Assembly (NCBI GenBank): GCA_035221665.1
Contig: CM069156.1
Span: forward strand, 29,450,001 to 29,514,000
From: Okamejei kenojei
Lineage: Eukaryota
DNA length: 64,000 nt
Direction: 5' to 3'
Position numbers and translations under genes: made by a program. Position 1 is the first letter of the stretch; each line of letters starts with the position of its first letter. The notes beneath the pieces were generated by a model. The model saw only the letters and a program-made list of their open reading frames with translations. It searched no databases and was not told the DNA's origin. Shown one piece after another: positions 37,025 through 48,689 of this stretch.

Positions 37025-37856
37025 CTGAAAAGTAAAAGGTTGAAAAGATCTTGGTTGAGCTTCATGTAATATCCAAACGTAAAAAAAAAAAGACTTAAAT
37101 ATATGGGATCAACACGACTAATAAAGAGTACAATTTATAGTTCATGTAATATCTACATTAGTGAGTAACCCACAGTCCGTTATTTTGGGTGCTACAATAT
37201 TATCTTTGTGAAAGTACTCGAGTGGAATGTTCCTCCCTAAACTCGTTATTGTCAGACCTACATCCTTCTGCTCATTATTAGTCAATAATGTGGACCGAAC
37301 AACAGGTGGTATCATATTTTCCAATCTTTTTATGTCAGGAGCAACTTCATACAGCCACAAGACCAGCAACTATGGATGTTAATCAATTATGATTTTGCAA
37401 ATAATGACAAGTGAAATTTTCCTTGGTGCCTGGTGAAGTGATCGATTCAGACTAGGTAGATTAGTGAGCACCACCAACCTTTTACAGCCTTGTTCGAGGA
37501 GATTCTTGCAGGCCAAAGGTTAATCTGAGAGACAAATCCAACTCTTTCCATCAGGATTATTGGATATTAAACTAGAAGCAAGAACTTCTAGTTTTTACTC
37601 AGGAAACACAAGTAAATTGAAGTACCATTTCTGAAAACAGTTTAATGTTCAATCTGAGGTTTTCCTGCAAATGCCAGTACCATAACTGGAGGGGTTTTTT
37701 TTCCCCATCGTGAGACTTCAGCCCTCTTCCCTTCCCACATCCCTTTGTAAATTGCAGAGATGACCTGCAAGTAATAGTTTTCCCCCCCATTAAGATTCTT
37801 GTTACAACAGTCAGTTTTTTCATCAGGTAAATAGCAGTACATGGACCTGCAGAGAG

Positions 37857-38115
37857 TCGATACGATACGACAGAACTTTATTTATCCCAGGAGGGATATT
37901 GATCTTAGGAGGTAAATTGGAAGGGGGGGGGGGGGGGGGGGGGAGAGAGTCAGTCCCGGTCTGCCCCACGACAGATGGGGAGGAATTGTGCAGTTTGATA
38001 GCCACAGGGAAGAAGGTTTTCCAGTGGTGTTGTGTCCTGCATCTCAGTGGAACTAGTCTGTTGCTGAAGACACTCCTCAGGTTGACCAGAATGTCATGGA
38101 GGGGGTGAGCTGTCA
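37857..38115 (-). mobile_element. Rex1/Babar-like LINE 3' terminal fragment
   Basis: HPLH...FSNRLVPLRCRT...FFPVAIKLHN followed by aataaagttctgtcgtatcgtatcg; contains a G21 run at 37923-37943. Confidence 0.75.
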
Positions 38116-38758
38116 AATACTATAGTCAGACCATATTGGAATGTACCAGATGATAAAACTGGCCTTTGTAACGTCAGGAACAGCTTCTTCCCCTCTTATT
38201 ATCAGGCTTCTGAATGGTCCTTCCATAAGCTAGAGTAATGTTCGATTAATCTCTACCCCACTGAAGACATTGGGGTTTGTCTATGGAACTGATGTGCAAC
38301 AATGTTGAACTACAGTCTGCACTCTGTATCCCCCCCCCCTATTATACTCGAGTATCTATGAAATATATTTGGATAGCATGCCAAGCAAAACATGTCACTA
38401 TACCTCTAAGAATCTTCACTAGGCACCCAAGCATGCAAATTATAAAGTATCTATCTATGGCATTCACTCCAACAGGGTCGAGTGCTGCCATCTGCTTCAT
38501 GATGACCTGGTGCTGTGTTAGCCATTCGTCATGATGCAGTTTTACTTATAAGTAAGCTAGGCGGATGAGCAGTCCTCTCCTAAAGCAAGTTGTATAGAGA
38601 TATATGATCTACAATCAGAATTAAAGAGCAATTCAACGGTCCACCTTATCGTAAAGTTAAATAAGTGAAAGCATACCAACGTTCATTTATAAGTGCTTCA
38701 TCACATAAGTGGATAATAGTATTGTCAATAAACAAGAAACTAATGAAAAAATACTTGC

Positions 38759-38898
38759 ATAGTTTCCTCATCAATGTCATTTTCTTCTGTATTACTCGTT
38801 GCTGAGGAACTAGCAGATGAGCTGGTGCCGTCAAGTTGGTTCAATTCATCATCTACTGTGAGGAATTCTATGTCCAAATCACCATCAGAAAGATCATG
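38759..38898 (-). CDS. TRIM37: TRIM37 exon ~16 (acidic, Ser-rich); followed by a GC donor
   Basis: tttag|CATGAT...GAAACTAT|gcaagt; 140 nt; [46 protein letters not shown](M). Confidence 0.92.
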
Positions 38899-39251
38899 CT
38901 AAATAAAATAAATTTGTCGTTAAAATCCCTCATGTTTTTTTCTAACACTTCATTAATGCTCAATGTACTTTACAGACTTTGCTTATATTTTGAAGTGTTC
39001 CAAGCAAGTATATTGAAACATCATCCAATGATTCAAAGGCATTTCAGAACAAACACACTATTCTCAGATGAGCTCTCTGAACAATTCCCTGAGAAAAGAA
39101 CTCCTTTAGCAGGCAGAAAGAAGGCACTGCTAACTTCTGATTGAAGGGGCTTTAGCGGTTTCAAACATTTAAAAAAAAGCAAGGACTTACACTTTATACA
39201 CTTCAAATTGAAAGATTGGCAACGGTTTCTCAGTTGTAACTAATCACCTAC

Positions 39252-39467
39252 ATTTGAGTCATCCTGTAGAATCTTGTCCTCTTCCTCCTCCTCTTTGACC
39301 AGGCTGACGGCCAGAACAGAACAAGCACCCTCTGCTGGCAGATCTTCATTACAAATGAGCTTTTTTGTCCTAGTATCCAAGCAGTCATTGTTTTGTGGGC
39401 TCAAGTGCACATTTGGTGGCGACAAGCTTTGAGAGGCCCTGTTACGCGAAAGTTCAATGGCCAATCT
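39252..39467 (-). CDS. TRIM37: TRIM37 exon ~15
   Basis: ctgcag|AGATTG...TCAAAT|gtaggt; 216 nt; RLAIELSRNRASQSLSPPNVHLSPQNNDCLDTR...KEEEEEDKILQDDSN. Confidence 0.94.
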
Positions 39468-40119
39468 CTGCAGAAGCCAAGACAGGAAACAGGAAAAATG
39501 TAGATGGAGGAGATATTTAAAATAAATATTTCAAAATGCATCAAATTATTAGATGCACTCCCTCACCAACAAAACAAGTCAACCAACATGTTTTTGTATT
39601 TATTTTCATTTCAACTGAGGAATATTGGAAGAAATCTTTAAATAGATAGTTTTACAGTTCTGTGCAACAAATCAAGTTTGAAGAAAACCAAGTTAAGCAG
39701 CATTATTCATCCTTCAGGGAGGGTGGAGACCAACTAATGTCACCCATTTCATATGAAGTGGGATCATCGTCCCACTTCAATTAGGAATATGATCCAATCG
39801 GGAAAATTGTTTCACAGAGAAATAACTGCAGTTTGATTACTGTTACAAAATTGATTAAAATATCCAAACGACGTTAAGTGAAGAAATCTAAGTTACTAAC
39901 ATATTTTAGATATCAGTACACTGAAAGCAAACAACAAATCTGCATGTAGTAACATTTTCTCTTTCTCTCCATCCAGGTACAATTATATTCATGAGACAGT
40001 CATGAAGATGCTCTGCTATTTTGCTGTGCATCTTTAAACCAACATAGCACTTAAAAATAGTCGAATCAAAGTATCTCATAAGACAATAAGACAATTATAC
40101 TCTAAAATTCTAGTTGATG

Positions 40120-41700
40120 TCTCAGTGATCATCACAGCCGTCTACAATCCATCGCATGCGGACAGTGAAGTGGCACTATCAGCCCTACACGATGTGCTAT
40201 GTCAACACCAAAACAAGAACCCTGATGCGGCTATGGTGGTGGCTGGAGATTTTAATAAGTCAAATCTCAAAAAAGGTCATGCGTAACTTCTGCCAACACA
40301 TCACGTGTGCCACCAGGGGGGAAAGAACTTTCGACCACTGCTACACGCTGTTCAGGAAAGGCTACAAGGCTGTTTCTTTCCCTCCTTTTGGAAAATCTGA
40401 CGACGCTGCTATTTTCCTGCTGCCGGAGTATAAACAACGGATGGTACGGGAAGTGGCAGTGACGAGGGACGTAAAGCAGTGGTCTGACCATTCAGAGGCC
40501 ATGCTGCAAGATGCACTGAGCGATGTCGACTGGAATATGTTCCAAGCAAGTTCCAGAGACGTCAGTGAGTTCGCGGAAGCGGTCACGGACTTCACTGCAA
40601 CAAAAGCCGATAACATCGTCCCCACGGTAAGGGTTAGCATCTTTCCTAATCAAAAACCCTGCGTGGACAGGTCCATTCGTGTTGCCTTGAATGCTCGCAC
40701 CGCTGCTTACAACTCCGGCCTGGCATCCGGCAATATGGACGACTACAAGGCAGTGTCCTACCGACTGCGAAGGGCGGTGAAGGACGGAAAAAGTAGGTAA
40801 AAGGACAGGATGGAGTCACGGAGCAGCAGGACACCAGACACCTTTGGCAGGGGCTACGGACTATAACTAACTACCAGAGCAGCCCTCCCTCAACCGGAAG
40901 TGCTGGCACCTCTCCAGCTGATGACCTGAACTCCTTCTACGCACGATTCGAGACGGGCAACATCACCCCTAGCTCGCCGGCTAACGACAACACCGCCAGC
41001 GTGCTGGCTAGCGAGGCTGGAGGGAGATCCACCCCTGGGGATGTACACACATTCTCGGTGTCCGAGCTTGACGCGAGGTGGGCTCTCTCGCGTGTGAACA
41101 CGAAGAAAGCTGTAGGCACAGATAGTATATCTGGGCGAGTACTAAAGTCTTGTGCTACTCAGCTTGCTCCAGTGCTCACCACAATATTCAACCTCTCCCT
41201 GGCCAAGTCCGTGGTCCCTGCCTGCTTCAAAAGATGCACCATTGTTCCAGTGCAAAAGAATGCCTCTCCAGCCTGCTTGAATGACTACTGACCGGTGGCC
41301 CTCATCTCGATAGTCGTGAAATGCTTCGAGAGGCTGATCAAGAACCACATCTGCGCCTTCCTCCCTCGCTAGACATGGACCTGCTGAGTTCGCATACCGT
41401 CCGAACAGATCCACGGATGATGCGGTCTCCCAGGTTCTGCACACCGTTCTCTCACCTTGACAGCCAGAAGGGGGGCTATGTGAAGATGCTGTTCATTGAC
41501 TTCAGTTCAGCTTTCAATATGATAGTCCCCAACAGACTGGCTGAGAAGCTGCTGAAACTGAGGCTTAACACTGCCCTGTGTGCCTGGGTCCGGGACTTTC
41601 TCACCGCCAGTCCCCAGGTGGTCAAGATGGGAAGACATATATCCAACCCCCTCATCCTGAACAGAGGATACCCCCCCAGGGTTACATCTTTAGCCCCTGG
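40120..41700 (+). mobile_element. Rex1/Babar-clade LINE fragment (APE end + RT start)
   Basis: TRGERTFDHCY, PPFGKSD, PNQKP, VPACFKRCTIVPV, CLNDY, YVKMLFIDFSSAFN; frameshifted. Confidence 0.88.
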
Positions 41701-42616
41701 GGGGATCCTGTGTCCTTCTCCTGCACCTATTTTCTATGTTTCTTCACTTGGCAATGATGGAAATCCTGACAAAAAGTGATCAACTTTTAACTGCTTTCCT
41801 CTTCAATGATGCAGTTTAAAAACATTGCTGCAAATGTTCTTTTCAATTTTTTTTATCATCTGCAGTATGTTGTCAAGTTTTCAGCAGTGCTCTCTCCACC
41901 CCACTTTTCATGGGTCACTCTTAACACCAAGTTTATTCATTTTATAAAATAACATTTGGATTTTTTTATCCTCTCCCGTCTTAATCCAACCTCCCCTCAC
42001 CACCCACCCACCATCACCACCTACATTCATTTTTTAACCTAATTACTTAAAAGTGTTATACAATTGCGTCTCCTGTTCACACAGGTCACAGCTGCTCATT
42101 GCACTTGCCACAAAAACACTAAATTTAGAATTTTCACCACAAAGAAATTAAAATGTATGCATGGAAAAGTCAACATTAACTATGTAAGATGTTAGATTCA
42201 CACCTACAGCAAAAAAATGACCTATAGCGTCTCCCAAATTAATTGATGAACAGCTTTATTTCCTCCAGGTCAGAAAAACACAGCTGGTGCAAAATATTTG
42301 AAGCAATCAAAAATAAACAAAAAAGACAACATAAACCAATATCACTTCACAAAACAGCATTTGAACCAGTTTAATGGAAAATTAGATTTACTTTGGAACT
42401 GTAAAAAAATACAAAATATTGCTATATGGTAAAGTTTGAAGCAAATACCATGTGTAATTCCTGAAAGTAACACAATAGAGGGTGTGCTGCAGTCATGAAT
42501 TAAATAGGAGGTTATTATTTGAACCTACAGAGGACAGACCCAGTCATCACAATGTCAATTCATGCTATTTAAATTCCCAGTTGAGTGAAGGATGAAGGTA
42601 GATTACAGAAACTGAC

Positions 42617-42731
42617 CTCTTTGAGATTGTTGATTTGTTGGATGTAACCCGTTTGAGTCACCTCAAGTTGGCTGATGTACCAATTCTGGTCACGGCATTT
42701 TTGGTAAAACGTAGGAGCGCGCACTTGGTAT
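42617..42731 (-). CDS. TRIM37: TRIM37 exon ~14
   Basis: gtacag|ATACCAA...AAAGAG|gtcagt; 115 nt; [38 protein letters not shown]. Confidence 0.96.
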
Positions 42732-44411
42732 CTGTACAATTCAGACAAGGAAGGAAGTTTGATATGTCAAATCTGGTGTTTTCGTTGAAATTTTAGAGGT
42801 TCAGCATGGAAACAGGCCCTTCGGCCCACAGAGTACATACCAACCATCCATCGCCCAATCGCACTAGTTCTATGCTACCCTACTTTCATTCACTCACTAT
42901 ATTACAGCCAATTTTACAAAGACCAAACCCACACGTCTTTGACATATGACAGAGTGCCTGGAGGAAAGTCCACATGGTCACCAGAGAACGGATGAACTAT
43001 ACGAAGACAACCCAAGATCACTATCAAACCCGGGTCTCTAGCTTAGCGAGGCAGCACCTCTACCACCATCTCCAAATTAATTTCTAAAATTCAGCAAAAT
43101 ACAAAAATTACAAAAAATTGATTTTACAGATCTGGAAGACTAATACAATTTGCATTTAGTTCAGAGAAGCAGTAATACTGTATGGCAATCATTCTTTCAC
43201 AAGAGCCAGGTAAAGTATTTAAGAGGAAGTTGACCACATCAGGACATCAGCACAAGCCTTTGACTTGCTTGAGAAGCCTGCCTGTAAAAGTTAAGCCACA
43301 ACAAGCTTCCTGGACACCATGAGGACTTACTTCAGTGTGAGCAGCCCACAGATGACATGTGCCTCACGCACATTTGAAAACCATAGAACCATCCAAATGC
43401 CCATGTCTGGGATCTTCAATGCATTAATGTCAAATGTATGGACGATTCGGAGAGGAAATTAGGGACTTCATTGAAAATGGAGGATCATTTGAGTTCCAAT
43501 GTTTCATTTTTCAGCAACATTGCTTTACATAACACACAAAATCGTACACAACCCAAATTTTAGAGTCTTTAAAAAAAAGTAAATTTACATGTGTGAAAAT
43601 GTCCATAAATTAATGAATGCAAATACATCTGAGGAATTTAGACACATTTCCATTAATTTACTTCAAAAGATTAATGCAAACCCGTATCAACAGCAGCTTT
43701 TGATTTGACTAGTCAAATATTTAATTAGGTATACTACATTTCCCTATCAAAGTGCAGGCCAAGAGCAAAAACACCTGACAGTAAGGGATTGATGTCTTGG
43801 CATTGTACAAGCATCTCTGCTCTATTCGTCAAGTGATTTGATAATTACGATATGATTTGAGTGAATAGCATGCAAAGTTTTTCATTGTATCACAGTACAA
43901 TGCGACAATAAAACAATAACAAGAGTTAAGAATATTTAATCGTCATATGTACCAAAAACAGAACAATGAAAACTTACTTCCAGCAGCATAACAGGAATGC
44001 ATAGTACTCATAAGACTATAAATACAATTTTAGTTAAAAAAAATGTTTTAAATCGCATATCCTCATAATTCCCTGGAAATCAGAAAATAATGTAATATAA
44101 CACTTTGCTGGTGGGGTTGGACAGTCACTTTGTTTCATTTCTAAACTTCTTAGTATTAATAAGTGGAGAAAATAAAGGGAGTATGGGAGTTAGGAAAAGG
44201 TTTGAAAAGCAGTACCACAAGGGTTGCAACCTCTGGTTTATGACCAGTGACACTGGCTAGAAAGGGCAGAAATATATGAATGGGTGGCTGATATAGGAGG
44301 CAGGAATTCAGGTTCTTGGATCATTCGGATCTATGCTGAGGCAGAGGTGAGCTGCACAAAAGGTATAGATTTCACCTAAACTGGATGAGACCAATATCCT
44401 CAGAGGACAAT

Positions 44412-45470
44412 CACCACCACAGTAAAGAACATAAGAACGAATATCTCCCCTCCCACCCGTGACCTGGCTGTCTCATTGGTCTGTTCTTCAAAATTAGATT
44501 GTTTCCAACCTGTTACTCTACCCTCCCTTGTAAAACTGATCACCACCATGAAACCTACGACCTGCCCCCTCGACACTGTCCCCTCTGCCCTCCTAAAGGA
44601 CGTCATCATAACAGCCGGTCACAGTATCCTCGCCATCTTCAACAGTTCTCTGGCCACTGGCACTGTACCTACCTGCTTCAAGCATGCGGTGGTCCAGCCA
44701 CTCCTGAAAAAACCTAACCTCGACCCCACCTTGCCAAGCAACTACAGACCCATTTCTAAACTGCCTTTCCTCTCAAAAGCCCTTGAAAAGGTAATCTTAA
44801 ATCAACTTATGCCTTACATTCAACAAAATACTATCTTGGAAACTTTCCAATCAGGTTTCAGGGCTCACCACAGCACAGAGTCGGCCTTGTTGAAGGTACA
44901 TAATGACTTACTGCTCACCGTTGACTCCGGCAACTGTGCAATCCTGCTCCTTCTCGACCTCAGCACAGCATTTGATGCAGTTGACCACACCATCCTAATT
45001 GACCGTCTCAGGTACGGGGTTGGTATTGATGGCACTGCCCTGAGCTGGTTCATCTCCTACCTCAAAGGTAGGAGTTTCTCGACTAACATAGGCAACTCTT
45101 TCTCCTCCCCAGCTAGCCTCTGCTGTGGGGTTCCACAAGGTTCCATCCTTGGCTCCATTCTCTTCTCCCTGTACATGTCCCGCAGTCTAGGCATAAGCTC
45201 AGGGGCGACCGCGCCTTTGCGGTTGCAGCTCCTAGACTGTGGAACAGCATCCCTCTCCCCATTGCCCCCTCCATTGACTCCTTTAAGTCTAGTCTAAAAA
45301 CATATCTGTTCTCCCAAGCCTTTCCTGACGTCCTCTGAACGAGGGCTATTTGTATATATGTATGTAGCCTGCTTGTGTATACTACTCTTATAACACATGT
45401 AAAGATCTTTGGTCAACGAGAGTTGTTTTTTAAATGTGCTATATAAATAAATGTGACTTGACTTGACAAT
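44412..45470 (+). mobile_element. L2-clade LINE fragment, internally deleted, with (GACTT)n tail and 6-bp direct repeat
   Basis: 273-aa ORF with [47 protein letters not shown]; aataaatgtgacttgacttgac tail; GACAAT at 44406-44411 and 45465-45470. Confidence 0.9.
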
Positions 45471-46668
45471 TTGTTAGGTATATCAAAAGTAAAAGGGTAT
45501 TGAGGGAGAAAATAGGACTTCTTAAAGGTCAGAATGACGACCATGATTATGGCAAAGATTGTTAATGAATAATTCTCATTAGATGTTACTGTGGAGAAGA
45601 TCATGACAGATGAGGAATTGAGGCAAATGAGTTGGGACGTCTGGAACTGATATGAATTAATAAAGGTGTTTGTGGTCTTAAAACATTATAAATAGATAAA
45701 AGCCCAAGACCTGTCGAAGTTCATCCATTGACCTTGTGGAAAGCTGGGGAAGAAATTGCAGAGCCCCTTGCATCATCTTTAGCCACAGACAAAGTTCTTG
45801 AAAACTGAAGAGCGACTAATTTTGTACCGTTATTTAAGAACAGCAAGAATAAGTCATGGAGCTACAGGCTATTGAGCCTGACATCAGTAATGAGAAAGCT
45901 ACTAGAGAGAATTTTGACAAGTGCCCACCAGCATTTGATAGACAACAAATGATCATGGGCAGTCAACACATCTTTGCCCGTGCAAATCTCATAATCTGTT
46001 TGAGTTTGTTTGCAATAACCAAAAAGATTGACAAGGACAGGGCAGAGGACATTATCTATGCAGACTTTAGTAAGGCCTTTAACAAAGTCCAACATGGAAG
46101 TTTAAAATCACAAGGAGATCCGGCTAATTGGATATAACTGGCTTGATGGTAGGAGGGCACAGAGCGATGGTGGAAAGTTAATTTTCAGATTGGATGCTTG
46201 CGACCAGTGGTGTGCCACAGGAATCCGTGCTGGGCTTGTTGCAGTTCGTCTTTTTTTATATAAATGATTTGGTTTGTAAGTTTGGCAATGACACCAAAAT
46301 AGGTGACATACCAGACAGGAATAAATATCATGAATAATTACAGCAGGATCAGCTAGGTAGGTGGGCTGAGTAGTGGCAAATGGCTTTAAATTCAGATAAA
46401 TGCGAGTGTTGTATTTGGGAAGTCAAAACTGGGTGAACGGTGGCCCGGGGACTGTTGTAGAACAGGGGTGTAGGAGTACAAGTACATAATTCCCCGTAAG
46501 GTAGACAAGGTGGTGAAGGAAGTATTGTGCACATTGGCCTTCAATCAGGTCATTGAGCACAGGATATGAGACATAATATTGCAGTTGTACAAGACATTGG
46601 CGAGGCCACATTTGGAATACTGTTTGGTGTCACTGCTATAGAAAATGTGTCTTTTTTTAAAAAAAAAC

Positions 46669-46990
46669 ACAGCACAGTGGCATAGGTGCAGCACTGTAAC
46701 ACTGCTGGTAGAGCTGTTGCCACACAGTGCCAGAGACCCAGGTTTGTTTCTGACCTAGGTGCAGTCTGTGTAAAATTTGCACGTTCTCACTGTGACTGCA
46801 TTGATGTTCTGGGTGCACCCAAAGTGTGGGTTTGTTGGTTAAGTGACCTCTAAATGTCTGCTGCCATATAGGGAGTGGATGAGAAAGTGGGATAACAGAA
46901 TTAGTGTGAACGGGTGATCAATGGTCTGCTTGGACTCAGTGGGCCGAAGGGCCTTTTTCCATGCTATGTCTTGCAGTCAATCCAATCATA
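46669..46990 (+). mobile_element. HE1-like V-SINE nested in the old CR1
   Basis: ctggtagagctgttgcc...ccagagacccaggttt...tttgcacgttctc...gggccgaagggcc tail. Confidence 0.8.
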
Positions 46991-48158
46991 CTATATTCCT
47001 TGAAGCATGGGAGTAGGAGGTGTAGAAAATCAGTGGATGCATCCATTTCCCCAGGACAGAGGATTCAAAAGCTAGAGGGCATATGATTAAGGTGAAAAGG
47101 GAAAGATTTAAAAAGAGACCAGAGGGGTAATGTCTTCAAGGGTTGGTGCATATAGAAAGAGCTGCCACAAGAAGTGATTGAGGCAGATACAATAACTTTT
47201 GAAAGACATATACAGATACACAAATAGGAAATGTTTAAAGGGATGTATGTGGGCCAAATGAGACTAACTTAGTTGAATGTCTTGGTCAGCACAGACGAGT
47301 TAGGCCAAACGGCCTGATTCTGTGCTGTATGACTATGACACTATTAGTGAAGCAGTTTTGAGCAGTTAGTAAAACTACATGGGTCACTCTGGGCCCCTAA
47401 GCTAAAGTCAAGTGACTTTCACAGGTGCAAGTTGAAATTGTAAACAAAAGGTTGTGCCGTGACCCAGACATCTCCATTACCAACTACCACTTTACAATCC
47501 AGATTTTGCCAGGAGGACTCAATATTGCATTGCAATTGGATTTCTATTTAGATCCAGTCCATAAAAGATTTATCTTTTCAATTCAGGCCACTAATATATA
47601 AATTAGTGTGATGGTGTTCTACAACAACACCATCACACAGAAATCTATCAGCGGGACTATCGGAGTTCCGCCGATAGATTTCTCCAGTCTCTCCATCCAC
47701 ATTGTCTGCATTCTGTATTTATTTCTATATTGCTATTACTACGAACTGACGCTAAACTGCATTTCGTTGTACCCATACTTGTATCTGTGCAAGGATATTA
47801 AAGTTGAATTGAATTGAATTGAATAAACTGGCAACTTTAACTACAGTCATTTGCTGCCACCTTCAGGTAGAAAGAGGTAATCGTAAGAAAAAAGAATAAA
47901 GATAATTTATTGTATAAAGTGCTACCTGATCTTTTACTGTCACCGACATGCTTGTTGTCATACTTGCAGCTTGTCTTTTTGTTTCCGAGATAGTTAATAA
48001 TCTACAAATATATTTATAGCCCCTGCTGCAATCACGAATAGCACACAAATAAAATGCAACTCGTACTTCAATGACCCACTTACTATGATTATACACACCA
48101 ACTTAATTTGCAAAAGATGAAATATTGCTTTCAAATTGAGTAAATATTCACTGCTTAC

Positions 48159-48338
48159 CTGAGCACCAAGGTGTCGCTCTGCATATTCAGGTAACCCTCA
48201 CTGGCAAGAAGGTCCAAGCGAAAGAAACGATTGTATCCCCAACATTCACCCACTTCAAAATCAGAGGCAAATTCTCGAATTATGTTTTTGGTTGGGTCAT
48301 TGGAGACTTGATGAACCATTTCCACTCGGTACTCATAC
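48159..48338 (-). CDS. TRIM37: TRIM37 exon ~13 (MATH)
   Basis: tttccag|GTATGAG...CTCAG|gtaagc; 180 nt; [59 protein letters not shown](R). Confidence 0.98.
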
Positions 48339-48689
48339 CTGGAAACACGAGGTATGGAGATCTTGACAGGTGCCATCAAAACATTACGATTGGGTGGTAT
48401 TCTCGTAAAACTGAAAACTAAATTTTCTTAATCTAAATTAAAAAGTTAATGAACTGATTTTTGAACTTGGGAACATTACAAGCATTTTCCCCCAACAGCT
48501 CTTAATTGCATCTCTAGTACGTGGACAGATTGCATTTTGTACGCTATGCAAACAGTACTCAATAAATAATTAAATCAATTTAAAAAACAATATAGTGCAA
48601 AACAAAAAAGATGACACCGTTGTTTGCAGAAAATCTAGGTCAATTTCAAAACTTAATTTCAAATATTGTTGATATTCTGAAGTGAAACT

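Larger units (their letters stand above)
44230..47345 (+). mobile_element. Old, deleted CR1-type LINE (ORF1 remnant + RT fragments) hosting nested L2 and SINE insertions
   Basis: ORF1-like RRQEFRFLDH near 44297; RT YADFSKAFNKVQHG near 46056; agtggtgtgccacagg; 3' tail near 47290-47340. Confidence 0.75.

Noticed and set aside
38749-38754. Canonical GT donor 4 nt downstream of the GC site
   Set aside because: It gives phase 0 and frameshifts the clearly conserved exon 17.
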